Assembly: GCA_021777565.1 (NCBI GenBank)
Contig: JAJYDJ010000001.1
Location: 248,856 to 312,855, forward strand
Length of the DNA stretch: 64,000 bases
Direction of reading: 5' to 3'
From: a bacterium
GTDB lineage: Bacteria > Patescibacteriota > Microgenomatia > Levybacterales > UBA12049
This document shows positions 19,976-28,908 of this stretch, one piece after another. Made by a program: the position numbers and the translations under genes. Under the pieces are notes generated by a model, which was not told the origin of the DNA, did no database searches, and saw only the letters and a list, made by a program, of their open reading frames with translations. Each line of letters starts with the position of its first letter. The stretch's first letter is position 1.

Positions 19976-21181
19976 ATGAAATTTATTTATAAAGCAGCTT
20001 CACTAGATGGAAAGCTTATTGAAGGAGAGATGGATGCTCGTGACAAAGACGAAGCAGCATTTTTCCTCAAAAACAAGAACTACATTCCAGTCATATTGAA
20101 AGAAAAATCAGATAAAATCTTTTCCCTGTCTTCTTTTATGAAAAAGAGACAGTCGACAAATGACTTGGTCCTTTTTACCAGACAGCTTTCTTCTATGTTG
20201 ACTGCGGGACTAACTCTTATGCAGTCTCTCACTATTTTACAGGAGCAACTTGAGGATAATTCACTATCCCCGATTGTGAATTACTTGATTACGCAGGTCA
20301 GTGAGGGAAAAAGTCTAGCTGAAGCTATGGCTCATTATCCAAAACTATTCTCCCCTGTCTATCTCTCCTTGATCCGTGCTGGAGAGACTTCAGGCTTTTT
20401 AGACAAAATTCTTGATCGTCTGGCAAATAACCTGGAAAAGAGTCAAAAGCTGCGTAGTACTATCTCCTCGGCACTTCTCTACCCTATTATTATCGTTATC
20501 TTAATGGTTGTGGTCATGGGACTTATGATGGTGTTTGTTATTCCTCAGCTTACTTCGCTGTATGCCAATTTAGGTATTGACCTGCCACTCCCAACGAGAA
20601 TTGTCGTTGGCGTCTCTAATTTCACCATCAACTTCTGGCCTTTGGTGATTGGTGTGGTTGTTCTTATCATATTTGGGTATAACCGCTGGATGAAAACAGA
20701 GACAGGCAGACTGATTCGTGATCAGGTAGTTATTAAAATCCCAGTATTTGGTCGACTTGTCGTGCTTTCTTTATTGACAGAGTTTGTCAGAACCCTGGGG
20801 CTTCTGATTGGTGCAGGTACACTGGTAGTAGAATCTCTCCAAGAAGGTGCTGATGTCGCGGGGAATCTGGTATATAAAAATGCAATTTTGGATATTGCGG
20901 ACAGAGTAGAAAAAGGTATTGGTATTGGCGATGCGATGAGTACCTATCCAATTTTTCCTCCTATTATGGTGCAAATGGTGCGTATTGGTGAACAGACAGG
21001 AAAACTTGATGAATCACTCTTGAAAGTCTCAGAATATTTCGAACGTGAAGTTGAGACAGGGGTTAAGGGACTAACGACGGCAATAGAACCATTTATTATG
21101 ATTATTTTGGGTATTGGTGTAGCGTTTCTTATTATTTCTGTTATTACGCCAATTTACAGCCTGACGTCAAGTATCCAATAG
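19976..21181 (+). CDS. pilC: Type IV pilus platform protein PilC (GspF family)
   Basis: Two GspF repeats, three TM helices, 401 aa, immediately after pilT. Confidence 0.85.
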   Translation: MKFIYKAASLDGKLIEGEMDARDKDEAAFFLKNKNYIPVILKEKSDKIFSLSSFMKKRQSTNDLVLFTRQLSSMLTAGLTLMQSLTILQEQLEDNSLSPIVNYLITQVSEGKSLAEAMAHYPKLFSPVYLSLIRAGETSGFLDKILDRLANNLEKSQKLRSTISSALLYPIIIVILMVVVMGLMMVFVIPQLTSLYANLGIDLPLPTRIVVGVSNFTINFWPLVIGVVVLIIFGYNRWMKTETGRLIRDQVVIKIPVFGRLVVLSLLTEFVRTLGLLIGAGTLVVESLQEGADVAGNLVYKNAILDIADRVEKGIGIGDAMSTYPIFPPIMVQMVRIGEQTGKLDESLLKVSEYFEREVETGVKGLTTAIEPFIMIILGIGVAFLIISVITPIYSLTSSIQ

Positions 21182-21230
21182 AGTTCCCTCTTGACAGCAG
21201 GAAAATGAATGTGTTTGACTAGATATAGGT

Positions 21231-21812
21231 ATGAAAACAAACGTAAAGCGATTCCTGCAAAGTAAAGCTAAAAAAGGCTTTACCCTTATTGAACTTTTGG
21301 TCGTTATTGGCATTCTTGGTATTCTGGCTTCTGCATTGGTTGCGACCATCGATCCTTTCGAACAGCTTAAGAAAGCAAATGATGCGAACGTGAAGAACAT
21401 TTTGGTTGAGTTTAACAACGCAACTATTCGTTACTATGCGACACACAATGCGTACCCATGGGATTCTGCAGCAAATGGCGGCGGTGGATGTAATACAAAT
21501 ACTGCGCCATCTGAGATGCAACTGTCTGGAACTGCGGGGACAAGTTGTGTGACTGCCTTGGTGGGAGATAATGAGCTAAAACAGTCATTCTCTGCTGCTA
21601 CTGGTGACCTTGCCAAGATTTATGTTACCTATGATTCAACCAACAATCTGGTCATTGGTTGTTTCCAACCTCAATCCAAATCTGGTCAGAATGACGCAAA
21701 CACAAAGTTTAATGGTGACGGTACTGCAGGGTCAGGCACGAAATCTTGTGCAACCGATTCTCTGGGTAATCCAGCGAACATGAACGGCGGCTGCTTCTGG
21801 TGCACACGCTAA
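21231..21812 (+). CDS. Major type IV prepilin (class III signal peptide with 16-aa leader)
   Basis: MKTNVKRFLQSKAKKG|FTLIELLVVIGILGILASALVA has Gly-1, Phe+1, Glu+5 and a hydrophobic alpha1-N. First and most upstream pilin after pilC. Paired Cys residues in the C-terminal half. Confidence 0.85.
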   Translation: MKTNVKRFLQSKAKKGFTLIELLVVIGILGILASALVATIDPFEQLKKANDANVKNILVEFNNATIRYYATHNAYPWDSAANGGGGCNTNTAPSEMQLSGTAGTSCVTALVGDNELKQSFSAATGDLAKIYVTYDSTNNLVIGCFQPQSKSGQNDANTKFNGDGTAGSGTKSCATDSLGNPANMNGGCFWCTR

Positions 21813-22588
21813 TGCTGCAATCAGGAATTACTATACTTTCCTTTATTCTTGGGATATGTGTTGGCTCGTTTCTCCTCGTAGTTGTAACACGACTTGCAGA
21901 GAATAAATCTTTTCTTTCAGGTAGATCAGCGTGCGATGCGTGTGGCCACACTCTTTCTCCATTTGATCTCGTTCCCCTCTTCTCCTACATCCTTCTCAAG
22001 GGCCATTGTCGCTATTGTCACTCAGTATTGTCCCCATTCTACTGGATAGTAGAACTTGTAACAGGCTTTATTTTTGCACTTACGAGCCTCAGTCTGATGC
22101 CACTTTTGCCATCAGTGCTCTTTTTCGAAATGTTGATTGGTATGTGGTTTGTCATCGGGGGTCTAGAAGTTATTTTTTTCTCCGATCTGTGGTATGGATA
22201 TATCCCCGATGGTGCAACAATCTTGATTGGGATTATTGGTATCTTACATGCCTGGCAATTTCATGCTCTTTTCTCGTCTCTTTTTGCCGGGATTGGGGCA
22301 GGTCTCTTCTTCTTACTTCTGCTAGTTGGCACCAAAGGACGAGGTATGGGGTGGGGAGATGTAAAATATGTTGTCGCAATGGGATTTCTTTTAGGTATTG
22401 GGTCAACTTTGGTTGGTCTGTATATTGCCTTTATCACAGGAGCACTCGTCGCTCTTGCGCTGGTGATTTTTCATAAAATGAAGCTTCGGGGTAGCACTAT
22501 TCCATTTGGGCCATTTTTGGTATTTGGTACGCTTGCAGCACTTACCTATGGTGAGGTACTCTGGAAGTGGTATCTACATTTTATATGA
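21800..22588 (+). CDS. pilD: Prepilin peptidase (A24 family) PilD
   Basis: N-terminal zinc-binding CDACGH...CRYCH tetracysteine, polytopic membrane topology, and catalytic Asp regions. Overlaps the pilin stop and the next start (ATGA). Confidence 0.85.
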   Translation: MHTLMLQSGITILSFILGICVGSFLLVVVTRLAENKSFLSGRSACDACGHTLSPFDLVPLFSYILLKGHCRYCHSVLSPFYWIVELVTGFIFALTSLSLMPLLPSVLFFEMLIGMWFVIGGLEVIFFSDLWYGYIPDGATILIGIIGILHAWQFHALFSSLFAGIGAGLFFLLLLVGTKGRGMGWGDVKYVVAMGFLLGIGSTLVGLYIAFITGALVALALVIFHKMKLRGSTIPFGPFLVFGTLAALTYGEVLWKWYLHFI

Positions 22589-23088
22589 ATCGTGGATTTA
22601 CACTCATAGAAATGGTTGTCACCATTGGAATTTTGGCTGCTTTGACGGCCGTGTTGATGGTCACACTTGATCCTCTCGGTCAACTCAATAAAGCTCAGAA
22701 TTCCAATCGTGAACAAGGGCTGACGGCAGTAAAAGCTGCCCTTGAAGAGTATATAAGTGATCAGAAATGCTACCCGGTTTCCCTTACCTTTGGTAGTAAT
22801 TTGACCGTCAGTGGGAAGACCTACATTTCCCTCCCTCAAGATCCTAATTGTCATAAAGGAGGTTGGTGTTATATTTATGAAACAGATGGGTCTACGTGTC
22901 CACAATGGTATGTTATTTATTATTCCTTGCAGCAGACTAATACAAATCTCACCCAGCAGTGCCCGCTTGCTACTCAGCAGAATTGTCTTCCTCCAAATAT
23001 GCTCTCAACGAAGTACAACTCATGCTTCACCTCAGAAGACTATAATTGCTCGTATATTAGCCAGCATGATATAACTCCCCTTCAGTAA
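22585..23088 (+). CDS. Prepilin-like protein (minor pilin/pseudopilin), paralog of 23127..23915
   Basis: MNRG|FTLIEMVVTIGILAALTAV class III signal. Globular part KCYPVSLTFG...QDPNCHKGGWCYIYETDGSTCPQW is alignable to the next gene. Confidence 0.8.
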   Translation: MNRGFTLIEMVVTIGILAALTAVLMVTLDPLGQLNKAQNSNREQGLTAVKAALEEYISDQKCYPVSLTFGSNLTVSGKTYISLPQDPNCHKGGWCYIYETDGSTCPQWYVIYYSLQQTNTNLTQQCPLATQQNCLPPNMLSTKYNSCFTSEDYNCSYISQHDITPLQ

Positions 23089-23126
23089 AGCATTTACGTT
23101 TTCCAAAGAAATGGGTATGCTAATAA

Positions 23127-23915
23127 GTGATGAGACTGTATCAGCGTGGATTTACCCTCATAGAATTATTAGTAGTTATTGGTATTCTTGGTATTCTTCT
23201 TATTGGTCTTCTCATGGCATTTAATCCAATCGAACAACTCAACAAGGCACGAGATGGGAAAAGAGAGTCAGAATTTCAGACAATCAAAAGTGCGCTGGAT
23301 ACTTACTACAATGATCATGGCTGTTACCCTACTTCCGTGAACTTTGGATATCCATGGACGTCTGGAAGTACAACCTACCTCCGACTGGTTCCTCAAGACC
23401 CTTCGTGTGGAAGTGCCTCAGGACTTTGTTATGCGTATCAGACGGATGGATCTACCTGCCCACAGTGGAATGTCCTCTATGCCAAGTTGCAATCAAGTAC
23501 CGCTAAAGTTCATGCATGTGCTTTGGCTAGCTTGACCCAAGGAAATACCGCTATCCAGTGTCTCCCCTCAAACTACACGTCGCTGGGCTATAACTATTGT
23601 GCGTTCTCAGGAAATATTGATTGTAGTATCATCTCACAAGGGACTATCCAGCCATCAGGACAGGGTCAAGGGCAAATTATTATTACTCCTGGCCCATCAC
23701 CTACCCCAACTCCTCGTCCATCGCCAACTCCTGTGCCAACTGATACCTGCACGCCTCGACTGTACGGCTGTGCGCCAGCTATCGTAAATAATCAAAGTAT
23801 TACTATCTGTAAAGATATGGGTATTGATCCTCAGACAGGACAAGGCGCAGGATCTTTCTGTGGATACCCGGGATGCCAAGGGAATGCCTGTTGTAACTAT
23901 GCATGTACTCAATAA
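23127..23915 (+). CDS. Prepilin-like protein with Pro/Thr linker and Cys-rich C-terminal module (candidate tip adhesin)
   Basis: MMRLYQRG|FTLIELLVVIGILGIL class III signal. Pilin-like domain homologous to 22585..23088, then IITPGPSPTPTPRPSPTPVPT linker, then 8 Cys in about 55 aa (CTPRLYGC...CKDMG...FCGYPGCQGNACCNYAC). Confidence 0.8.
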   Translation: MMRLYQRGFTLIELLVVIGILGILLIGLLMAFNPIEQLNKARDGKRESEFQTIKSALDTYYNDHGCYPTSVNFGYPWTSGSTTYLRLVPQDPSCGSASGLCYAYQTDGSTCPQWNVLYAKLQSSTAKVHACALASLTQGNTAIQCLPSNYTSLGYNYCAFSGNIDCSIISQGTIQPSGQGQGQIIITPGPSPTPTPRPSPTPVPTDTCTPRLYGCAPAIVNNQSITICKDMGIDPQTGQGAGSFCGYPGCQGNACCNYACTQ

Positions 23916-24405
23916 ATTATCGCGTGGATTTACTCTGATTGAACTCATTGTTGTTATGGGTATTTTAGGGATACTTGCTACGGCAACAATAGCCGTGATG
24001 GATCCTCTCGGCCAAATTCATAAATCTGATGATGTGAAGCGAAAGTCTGATCTTGCGACCGTCCAGAAAGCCCTAGAACAGTATTATCAAGATTTTGGGA
24101 AATATCCGGCAGCGGCAAGTAATGAGATTGTAGATTTCAAAACGACACAACCTATGCCATGGGGAACTACATGGTCCCCTTACCTAGTCGTTTTGCCAAA
24201 GGATCCAACAAGTAATAGATCCTATGTCTATGTTGTGCGCTCAGATATGCAAGGATACTGGCTGTATGCCAGTCTTGAGAGAACAAGTGACCCGCAGTTG
24301 TGTAATAGTGGCAATCCATGTGCCAGTGCTGTGACCAATAATGTTTCGAATGCCTGTGGCACCGCGTGTAACTATGTTGTAAGTAGTCCAAATGTTGTAA
24401 AGTAG
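23899..24405 (+). CDS. Prepilin-like protein (minor pilin)
   Basis: MHVLNKLSRG|FTLIELIVVMGILGILATATIAV class III signal. 17-nt overlap with the preceding stop; the ORF-track start at 23824 lies inside the previous gene. Confidence 0.75.
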   Translation: MHVLNKLSRGFTLIELIVVMGILGILATATIAVMDPLGQIHKSDDVKRKSDLATVQKALEQYYQDFGKYPAAASNEIVDFKTTQPMPWGTTWSPYLVVLPKDPTSNRSYVYVVRSDMQGYWLYASLERTSDPQLCNSGNPCASAVTNNVSNACGTACNYVVSSPNVVK

Positions 24406-24409
24406 AAGT

Positions 24410-24898
24410 ATGAGAGTGAATAAAGGATTTACACTGGTAGAATTATTAGTCGTTATTGCGATTATTGGTGTGTTATCAACGCTGGTGATGGCTAACTTTA
24501 TTGGTATTAGACAACGTGCCCGTGATGCACAACGAAAAGCTGATCTTCGCCAAATTCAGTCAGCGCTTGAAATTTATCGAGCAGACATTGGCTCATACAA
24601 AACAACAGCTGTTGGGACATACTATCTGAATACTTCTGTCTGCCCAGGAAGTTCTAGTTTTGTTTCTGGTAATAATACGTATATGCAAAGTGTCCCTTGT
24701 GATCCTAGTGGATCCGGAGTCTATAATGGAGGGAATTACTACTATTACAGTAACAATGGCACCACGTATACCCTTGCTGCCTGCATAGAAAACACTGGGG
24801 ACTCTGACTCTCATGTCTCTCAAACTGCTCCAAATCCTGCGCCACCTAGCAATAGTACCTGTAGTAGTGGGTACTATTACATCCTACAAAATCCATAA
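24410..24898 (+). CDS. Prepilin-like protein (minor pilin)
   Basis: MRVNKG|FTLVELLVVIAIIGVLSTLVMA class III signal. Confidence 0.8.
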   Translation: MRVNKGFTLVELLVVIAIIGVLSTLVMANFIGIRQRARDAQRKADLRQIQSALEIYRADIGSYKTTAVGTYYLNTSVCPGSSSFVSGNNTYMQSVPCDPSGSGVYNGGNYYYYSNNGTTYTLAACIENTGDSDSHVSQTAPNPAPPSNSTCSSGYYYILQNP

Positions 24899-25443
24899 TG
24901 AACATGTTTAAATATCGTGGTTTTACTTTGGTCGAACTGGTCGTCGTACTTGCTATTTTAAGTCTCCTCTCTGCGGCAAGTATTGCGGCATTTGTGTCGT
25001 ACAATCGTGCACAAGGTGTATCAGTTGGTGGACAGGAAGTGCGTACAATACTCTATACTGCCAGGTCCTATGCACTCGCTCAGGCAAATACCCCTCAGGA
25101 ATGTTACAGTGGGCAGTGTCAGTGTCCATCTGGGCAGACATTTGTCGGATATCGTGTTGTTTTCTGCTGCGCTTCAGGAGGTGGACAAAATTGTCCTAAC
25201 ACCTGCATCGTAAATGATAGTGCTGAACATTATGAATTAAATTTGCTTTGTAGTAGTAGCTCGTTTACTGTCGAAACAGATCACTTCCCGACAGGAGTCA
25301 GCGTCTCCAATGCCAGCACGTCTCGGTCCTTCTCGTTTGAAGCAGTTACGGGTGCTGTTACTGGTGCCGGGATGTTGCGTATTGGGAATGCGTTCAGTCA
25401 AACAAATGATATTACAGTATCAGCATTGGGGGTTATACAATGA
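24898..25443 (+). CDS. Prepilin-like protein (minor pilin, GspH/FimT-like size)
   Basis: MNMFKYRG|FTLVELVVVLAILSLLSAASIAAF class III signal. ATGA overlap with the upstream gene. Confidence 0.8.
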   Translation: MNMFKYRGFTLVELVVVLAILSLLSAASIAAFVSYNRAQGVSVGGQEVRTILYTARSYALAQANTPQECYSGQCQCPSGQTFVGYRVVFCCASGGGQNCPNTCIVNDSAEHYELNLLCSSSSFTVETDHFPTGVSVSNASTSRSFSFEAVTGAVTGAGMLRIGNAFSQTNDITVSALGVIQ

Positions 25444-25958
25444 ACATAAAACAAAAGGGTCAAACACTTATTGAAATTCTCGTTGCGCTTTCTATTGCTG
25501 CGGTTTTAGTCTCTGCAACATCGGTTGCCGTACTCAGTGCACTTTCTAATGCAGAATTTGCTAAGCAACAGAGCCTCGCTTCTCAATATGCGGATCAAGG
25601 TATCGAAATCATACGTTCCATGCGTAATAACGATTATAGTAACTTTCAGCAACTCTCAGGGACATACTGTATGGCATCGTCCTGCAACAGTCTGGTAAAT
25701 ACGTCTTCAAATGCCTGTGGTATCTCAACCGACCCTACGGGGGTAATCTCATGTGGTCAGAATGTATCAACATTTGTAAGAACAGTGAATGTCTCACCAA
25801 CAAATGCTGGAGCGACTGATTGTAATACGGCTGGATATAAAGTGTCGGTAAATGTCGCGTGGGCCGATGCTAAGTGCACAGATTCTACCAAACCATTTTG
25901 TCATATCTTGACAATCAGTACGTGTTTATCTAATTATCAAATTGAACCAACACCATGA
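25440..25958 (+). CDS. Prepilin-like protein with Gln at +1 (PilV-like minor pilin)
   Basis: MNIKQKG|QTLIEILVALSIAAVLVSATSVAVL. Glu+5 is retained while Phe+1 is replaced by Gln. Confidence 0.7.
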   Translation: MNIKQKGQTLIEILVALSIAAVLVSATSVAVLSALSNAEFAKQQSLASQYADQGIEIIRSMRNNDYSNFQQLSGTYCMASSCNSLVNTSSNACGISTDPTGVISCGQNVSTFVRTVNVSPTNAGATDCNTAGYKVSVNVAWADAKCTDSTKPFCHILTISTCLSNYQIEPTP

Positions 25959-26497
25959 AAAAATATAGATCACAAAAAGGGTTTACTCTCATAGAGTTAT
26001 TAGCTGCACTGTTAGTGTTGGTAGTCGTTGGATCAATCATTGCCCAAATTCTGGTGACCGCATTTCGAACATCCAAAAAAAGTGATTCTATAGCACTCAT
26101 TAAACAGAGTGGTAATTTTGCTCTGACGGAAATGGCAAAAACTATTCGTAATGCCAGAGAGCTTATGACTCCCTATCCTTGTGGGACGCCAAGTAGTCCG
26201 ACGACCTCAAATTCTCTCCAAATTATATCTCCAGATGGGAGGCAAATTACGCTCTCCTGTGATTTGACAAATAACCTATTGGCATCAGATTCTGTCTCGT
26301 TGATCGATAACCAGACCCTCCAACTCTCTGCTCCTTGTAACTTTGTTTGTAGTCAGGTCAGTAGTACTGATCTTCCCTTGATTACGATCTCCTTTGGATT
26401 GCAACAGAAAGTTACGAGTAGCTTTGTTGAAAATGTTGCTGCACCCTCCCCGATTCTTTTTACGACCTCAGTTACCTTAAGGAACCTGACACGCTGA
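25955..26497 (+). CDS. Prepilin-like protein (PilW/PilE-like minor pilin)
   Basis: MKKYRSQKG|FTLIELLAALLVLVVVGSIIAQIL class III signal. Confidence 0.8.
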   Translation: MKKYRSQKGFTLIELLAALLVLVVVGSIIAQILVTAFRTSKKSDSIALIKQSGNFALTEMAKTIRNARELMTPYPCGTPSSPTTSNSLQIISPDGRQITLSCDLTNNLLASDSVSLIDNQTLQLSAPCNFVCSQVSSTDLPLITISFGLQQKVTSSFVENVAAPSPILFTTSVTLRNLTR

Positions 26498-26538
26498 GTT
26501 CATTGACAGTCATAAGGCATGCTTGATAGGCTAAAGGT

Positions 26539-27348
26539 ATGGATAGATATTCTCAACGTGGCCAAACGCTCCTGGTCATTGTTTTGGTGATGGTCGTTGC
26601 ATTGACGGTCAGTCTTTCCATTGCTGCTCGTATGGTGACTACTCTTCGTGTTTCTTCAGAAGAAGCCAATTCTGAGAAGGCATTTCAGGCAGCTGAGTCA
26701 GGAGTAGATTACGTTCTCAAGTCAGGACAACAAATTACAACAGCCCAGGATCTTGGTAATCATGCCGTCATTGCTTCAGCTACGTATTCTGATCTTCGCA
26801 ACATCTCGCAATACATTATTCGAAACGGTGTGATTGTCGCGCAAGATGATGGTATCGATGTCTGGCTCTCAGACTATTCACCACAGAAATCACTTATTTA
26901 TAACAATCCCTGGAGCGGAGGGCTAACGGTTTATTGGAGTCTTCCCTCAGATAATTGTGGTGCGACTCCCCCACAGGCGGCAGCCCTTTCATTGATCTTG
27001 ATTTCAGGTTCAAAAACTGCTCCAACTATTCATAGATATGCAGTCGATCCATGTTCTCGATTGAATGGATTTAGTCCAGCTGGGGCCGGTACAACGATTG
27101 GTACGGTCGTATTTAAAAACTCATATCATATTGGTGGGATCACCAATGGGTTGTTACTTCGTATCATTCCTCTTTATTCAGGGACTATTCTTGGTATCAA
27201 GCTAGATGCAGGGTCCGCTAACTTTCCATCACAAGGGAAAATCATTACTTCCAGAGGAAGTTCTGGCACCACTACACGACAAATAAGCTATTTCCAAGGC
27301 TATGACAGTGTACCATCTGAATTTTTCTATTCGCTTTTTTCACAATAA
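26539..27348 (+). CDS. PilX-like minor pilin (Gln at +1)
   Basis: MDRYSQRG|QTLLVIVLVMVVALTVSLSIAA followed by an AFQAAESG motif reminiscent of the PilX N-terminal domain. 269 aa, the largest in the set. Confidence 0.7.
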   Translation: MDRYSQRGQTLLVIVLVMVVALTVSLSIAARMVTTLRVSSEEANSEKAFQAAESGVDYVLKSGQQITTAQDLGNHAVIASATYSDLRNISQYIIRNGVIVAQDDGIDVWLSDYSPQKSLIYNNPWSGGLTVYWSLPSDNCGATPPQAAALSLILISGSKTAPTIHRYAVDPCSRLNGFSPAGAGTTIGTVVFKNSYHIGGITNGLLLRIIPLYSGTILGIKLDAGSANFPSQGKIITSRGSSGTTTRQISYFQGYDSVPSEFFYSLFSQ

Positions 27349-28376
27349 TGGCATTAAATACTTTTGGACTAGATTTAGGATCAAAACACGTACGAGCTGT
27401 ATGGCTTGATAGTACGGGTGAGCATGCGTTTAGCCTAAGCTCTGCCTTCTCTGCTCCCATGCCTGAGAAAGGATTACAATCAGAGTCTCCTCTTGATCAA
27501 CAACAAGTAGCACAGGTCATCGGACAGGTTGTGAGTGAGGCACACATTACCGTAAAAAGTGTAAACATTGCACTGCCTGAAAACCAAGTATATACCCGTG
27601 TTGTAGAAACACCAGTCCTTTCAGATAAAGAGCTCACTTCAGCAATTTACTGGATTGCAGAGCAGCAAATTCCAATTCCTCTTAAGAGTGTAACATTGGA
27701 TTATCGTATCTTACACAAACCTACCCCTGAGGAAAAATCAACTACCATGCAGGTTCTTCTCGTTGGTGCGCCAACGGCCCTTCTTGATAGATATGAACAT
27801 GTCCTTTCACTGATTGGCCTTTCTATCGCCAGTGTGGAGACAGATACACTCGCTGCTCTTCGTGTCTTGACCAAACCTGACAAAATTGGCCGTATGGTTT
27901 TAAACGTCGGACTTGCGAGTAGCACACTGTCTCTGGCCGTTGGGAATGACCTCCGGGTTGTCTACTCAATTCCAACAGGCACAATGGCATTGACCCGCGC
28001 GATCTCAACCAATCTCAATATGTCGCTTACTCAGGCAGAAGCATATAAAAATACGTATGGAGTTACCCCGGGACATGGAAATTCTTTGGAAGTTGCGGTC
28101 GAACCTATTTTAAATGTTATGGTGAGCGAAGTGAAAAAAGCTATCTCCTTTTTTAGAGAGAAGCTCCCCGATGCGACACTATCTGAAATGTTATTGATTG
28201 GAGATGACGCCCAGGTCCCAGGGCTTGCTCAATATTTTCAGGCACGTACAGGGCTTACAACTCATGGAGCTGATCCATGGGGTATGCTGGGAATAAAAAA
28301 CCTCCCCAAAGAGCTGGTAGATGAAGGCCCTGCATATGCCGTAGCACTGGGCCTTGCTATGCGAACATATGAGTAA
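27348..28376 (+). CDS. pilM: Type IV pilus assembly protein PilM (actin-like ATPase fold)
   Basis: MALNTFGLDLGSKHVRAVWLD N-terminus, 342 aa, immediately upstream of pilN/pilO. Confidence 0.8.
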   Translation: MALNTFGLDLGSKHVRAVWLDSTGEHAFSLSSAFSAPMPEKGLQSESPLDQQQVAQVIGQVVSEAHITVKSVNIALPENQVYTRVVETPVLSDKELTSAIYWIAEQQIPIPLKSVTLDYRILHKPTPEEKSTTMQVLLVGAPTALLDRYEHVLSLIGLSIASVETDTLAALRVLTKPDKIGRMVLNVGLASSTLSLAVGNDLRVVYSIPTGTMALTRAISTNLNMSLTQAEAYKNTYGVTPGHGNSLEVAVEPILNVMVSEVKKAISFFREKLPDATLSEMLLIGDDAQVPGLAQYFQARTGLTTHGADPWGMLGIKNLPKELVDEGPAYAVALGLAMRTYE

Positions 28377-28908
28377 AACTGATGTAAATTTGATGGTCCA
28401 AAGAAGGAAGCAAGGTGAAACGAGTGAGAGACTACGTATCTTAAGTATTCGACTCGCCTATATCTTTGTAGCGCTTACGATAGTAATTTCAGTGGTATTT
28501 TTTATATTGTCACGCGATAGTACTGCCGCGACGCTTCAAGCACAACAAAATCAAACAGAGACGGCAATCATGCTCCTGAAAGATAAAGCGAGTAGTATTT
28601 TTCTTTTGAAAAAAAGAATTGCATTGGCCAGCTCGATCTTGAAATCTCGCAAGAATTATGATGTACTCCTCTCCTCTACGCTTTCTGGACTCGGGGCTGA
28701 TACCAGAGTGGATACATACTCAATTACGTCAAAAACAATTTCAGTTACCGCATCATCAAGTAATTTATCATCCCTTAATTCATGGCTTGATACACTGAAG
28801 ACACAGACAAATCCCAAAGGACTTTTCTCAAAATTAAGTATTGATAACTTTATTCTCGATACAAAATCTGGGCTCTATAGCTTGAGTATCACCGTAACCT
28901 TTTTATGA
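28369..28908 (+). CDS. pilN: Type IV pilus assembly protein PilN (bitopic)
   Basis: Short cytoplasmic N-terminus, single TM (YIFVALTIVISVVFFIL), then coiled-coil/periplasmic region. Start at 28369 assumed; ORF-track start is 28354. Confidence 0.7.
   Translation: MSKTDVNLMVQRRKQGETSERLRILSIRLAYIFVALTIVISVVFFILSRDSTAATLQAQQNQTETAIMLLKDKASSIFLLKKRIALASSILKSRKNYDVLLSSTLSGLGADTRVDTYSITSKTISVTASSSNLSSLNSWLDTLKTQTNPKGLFSKLSIDNFILDTKSGLYSLSITVTFL

Noticed and set aside
22006-22476. ORF 22006..22476 (+), 156 aa, overlapping pilD in another frame
   Set aside because: It is fully contained in pilD, whose frame carries the A24 peptidase motifs. The alternative frame is Cys/Arg/Trp-rich nonsense.
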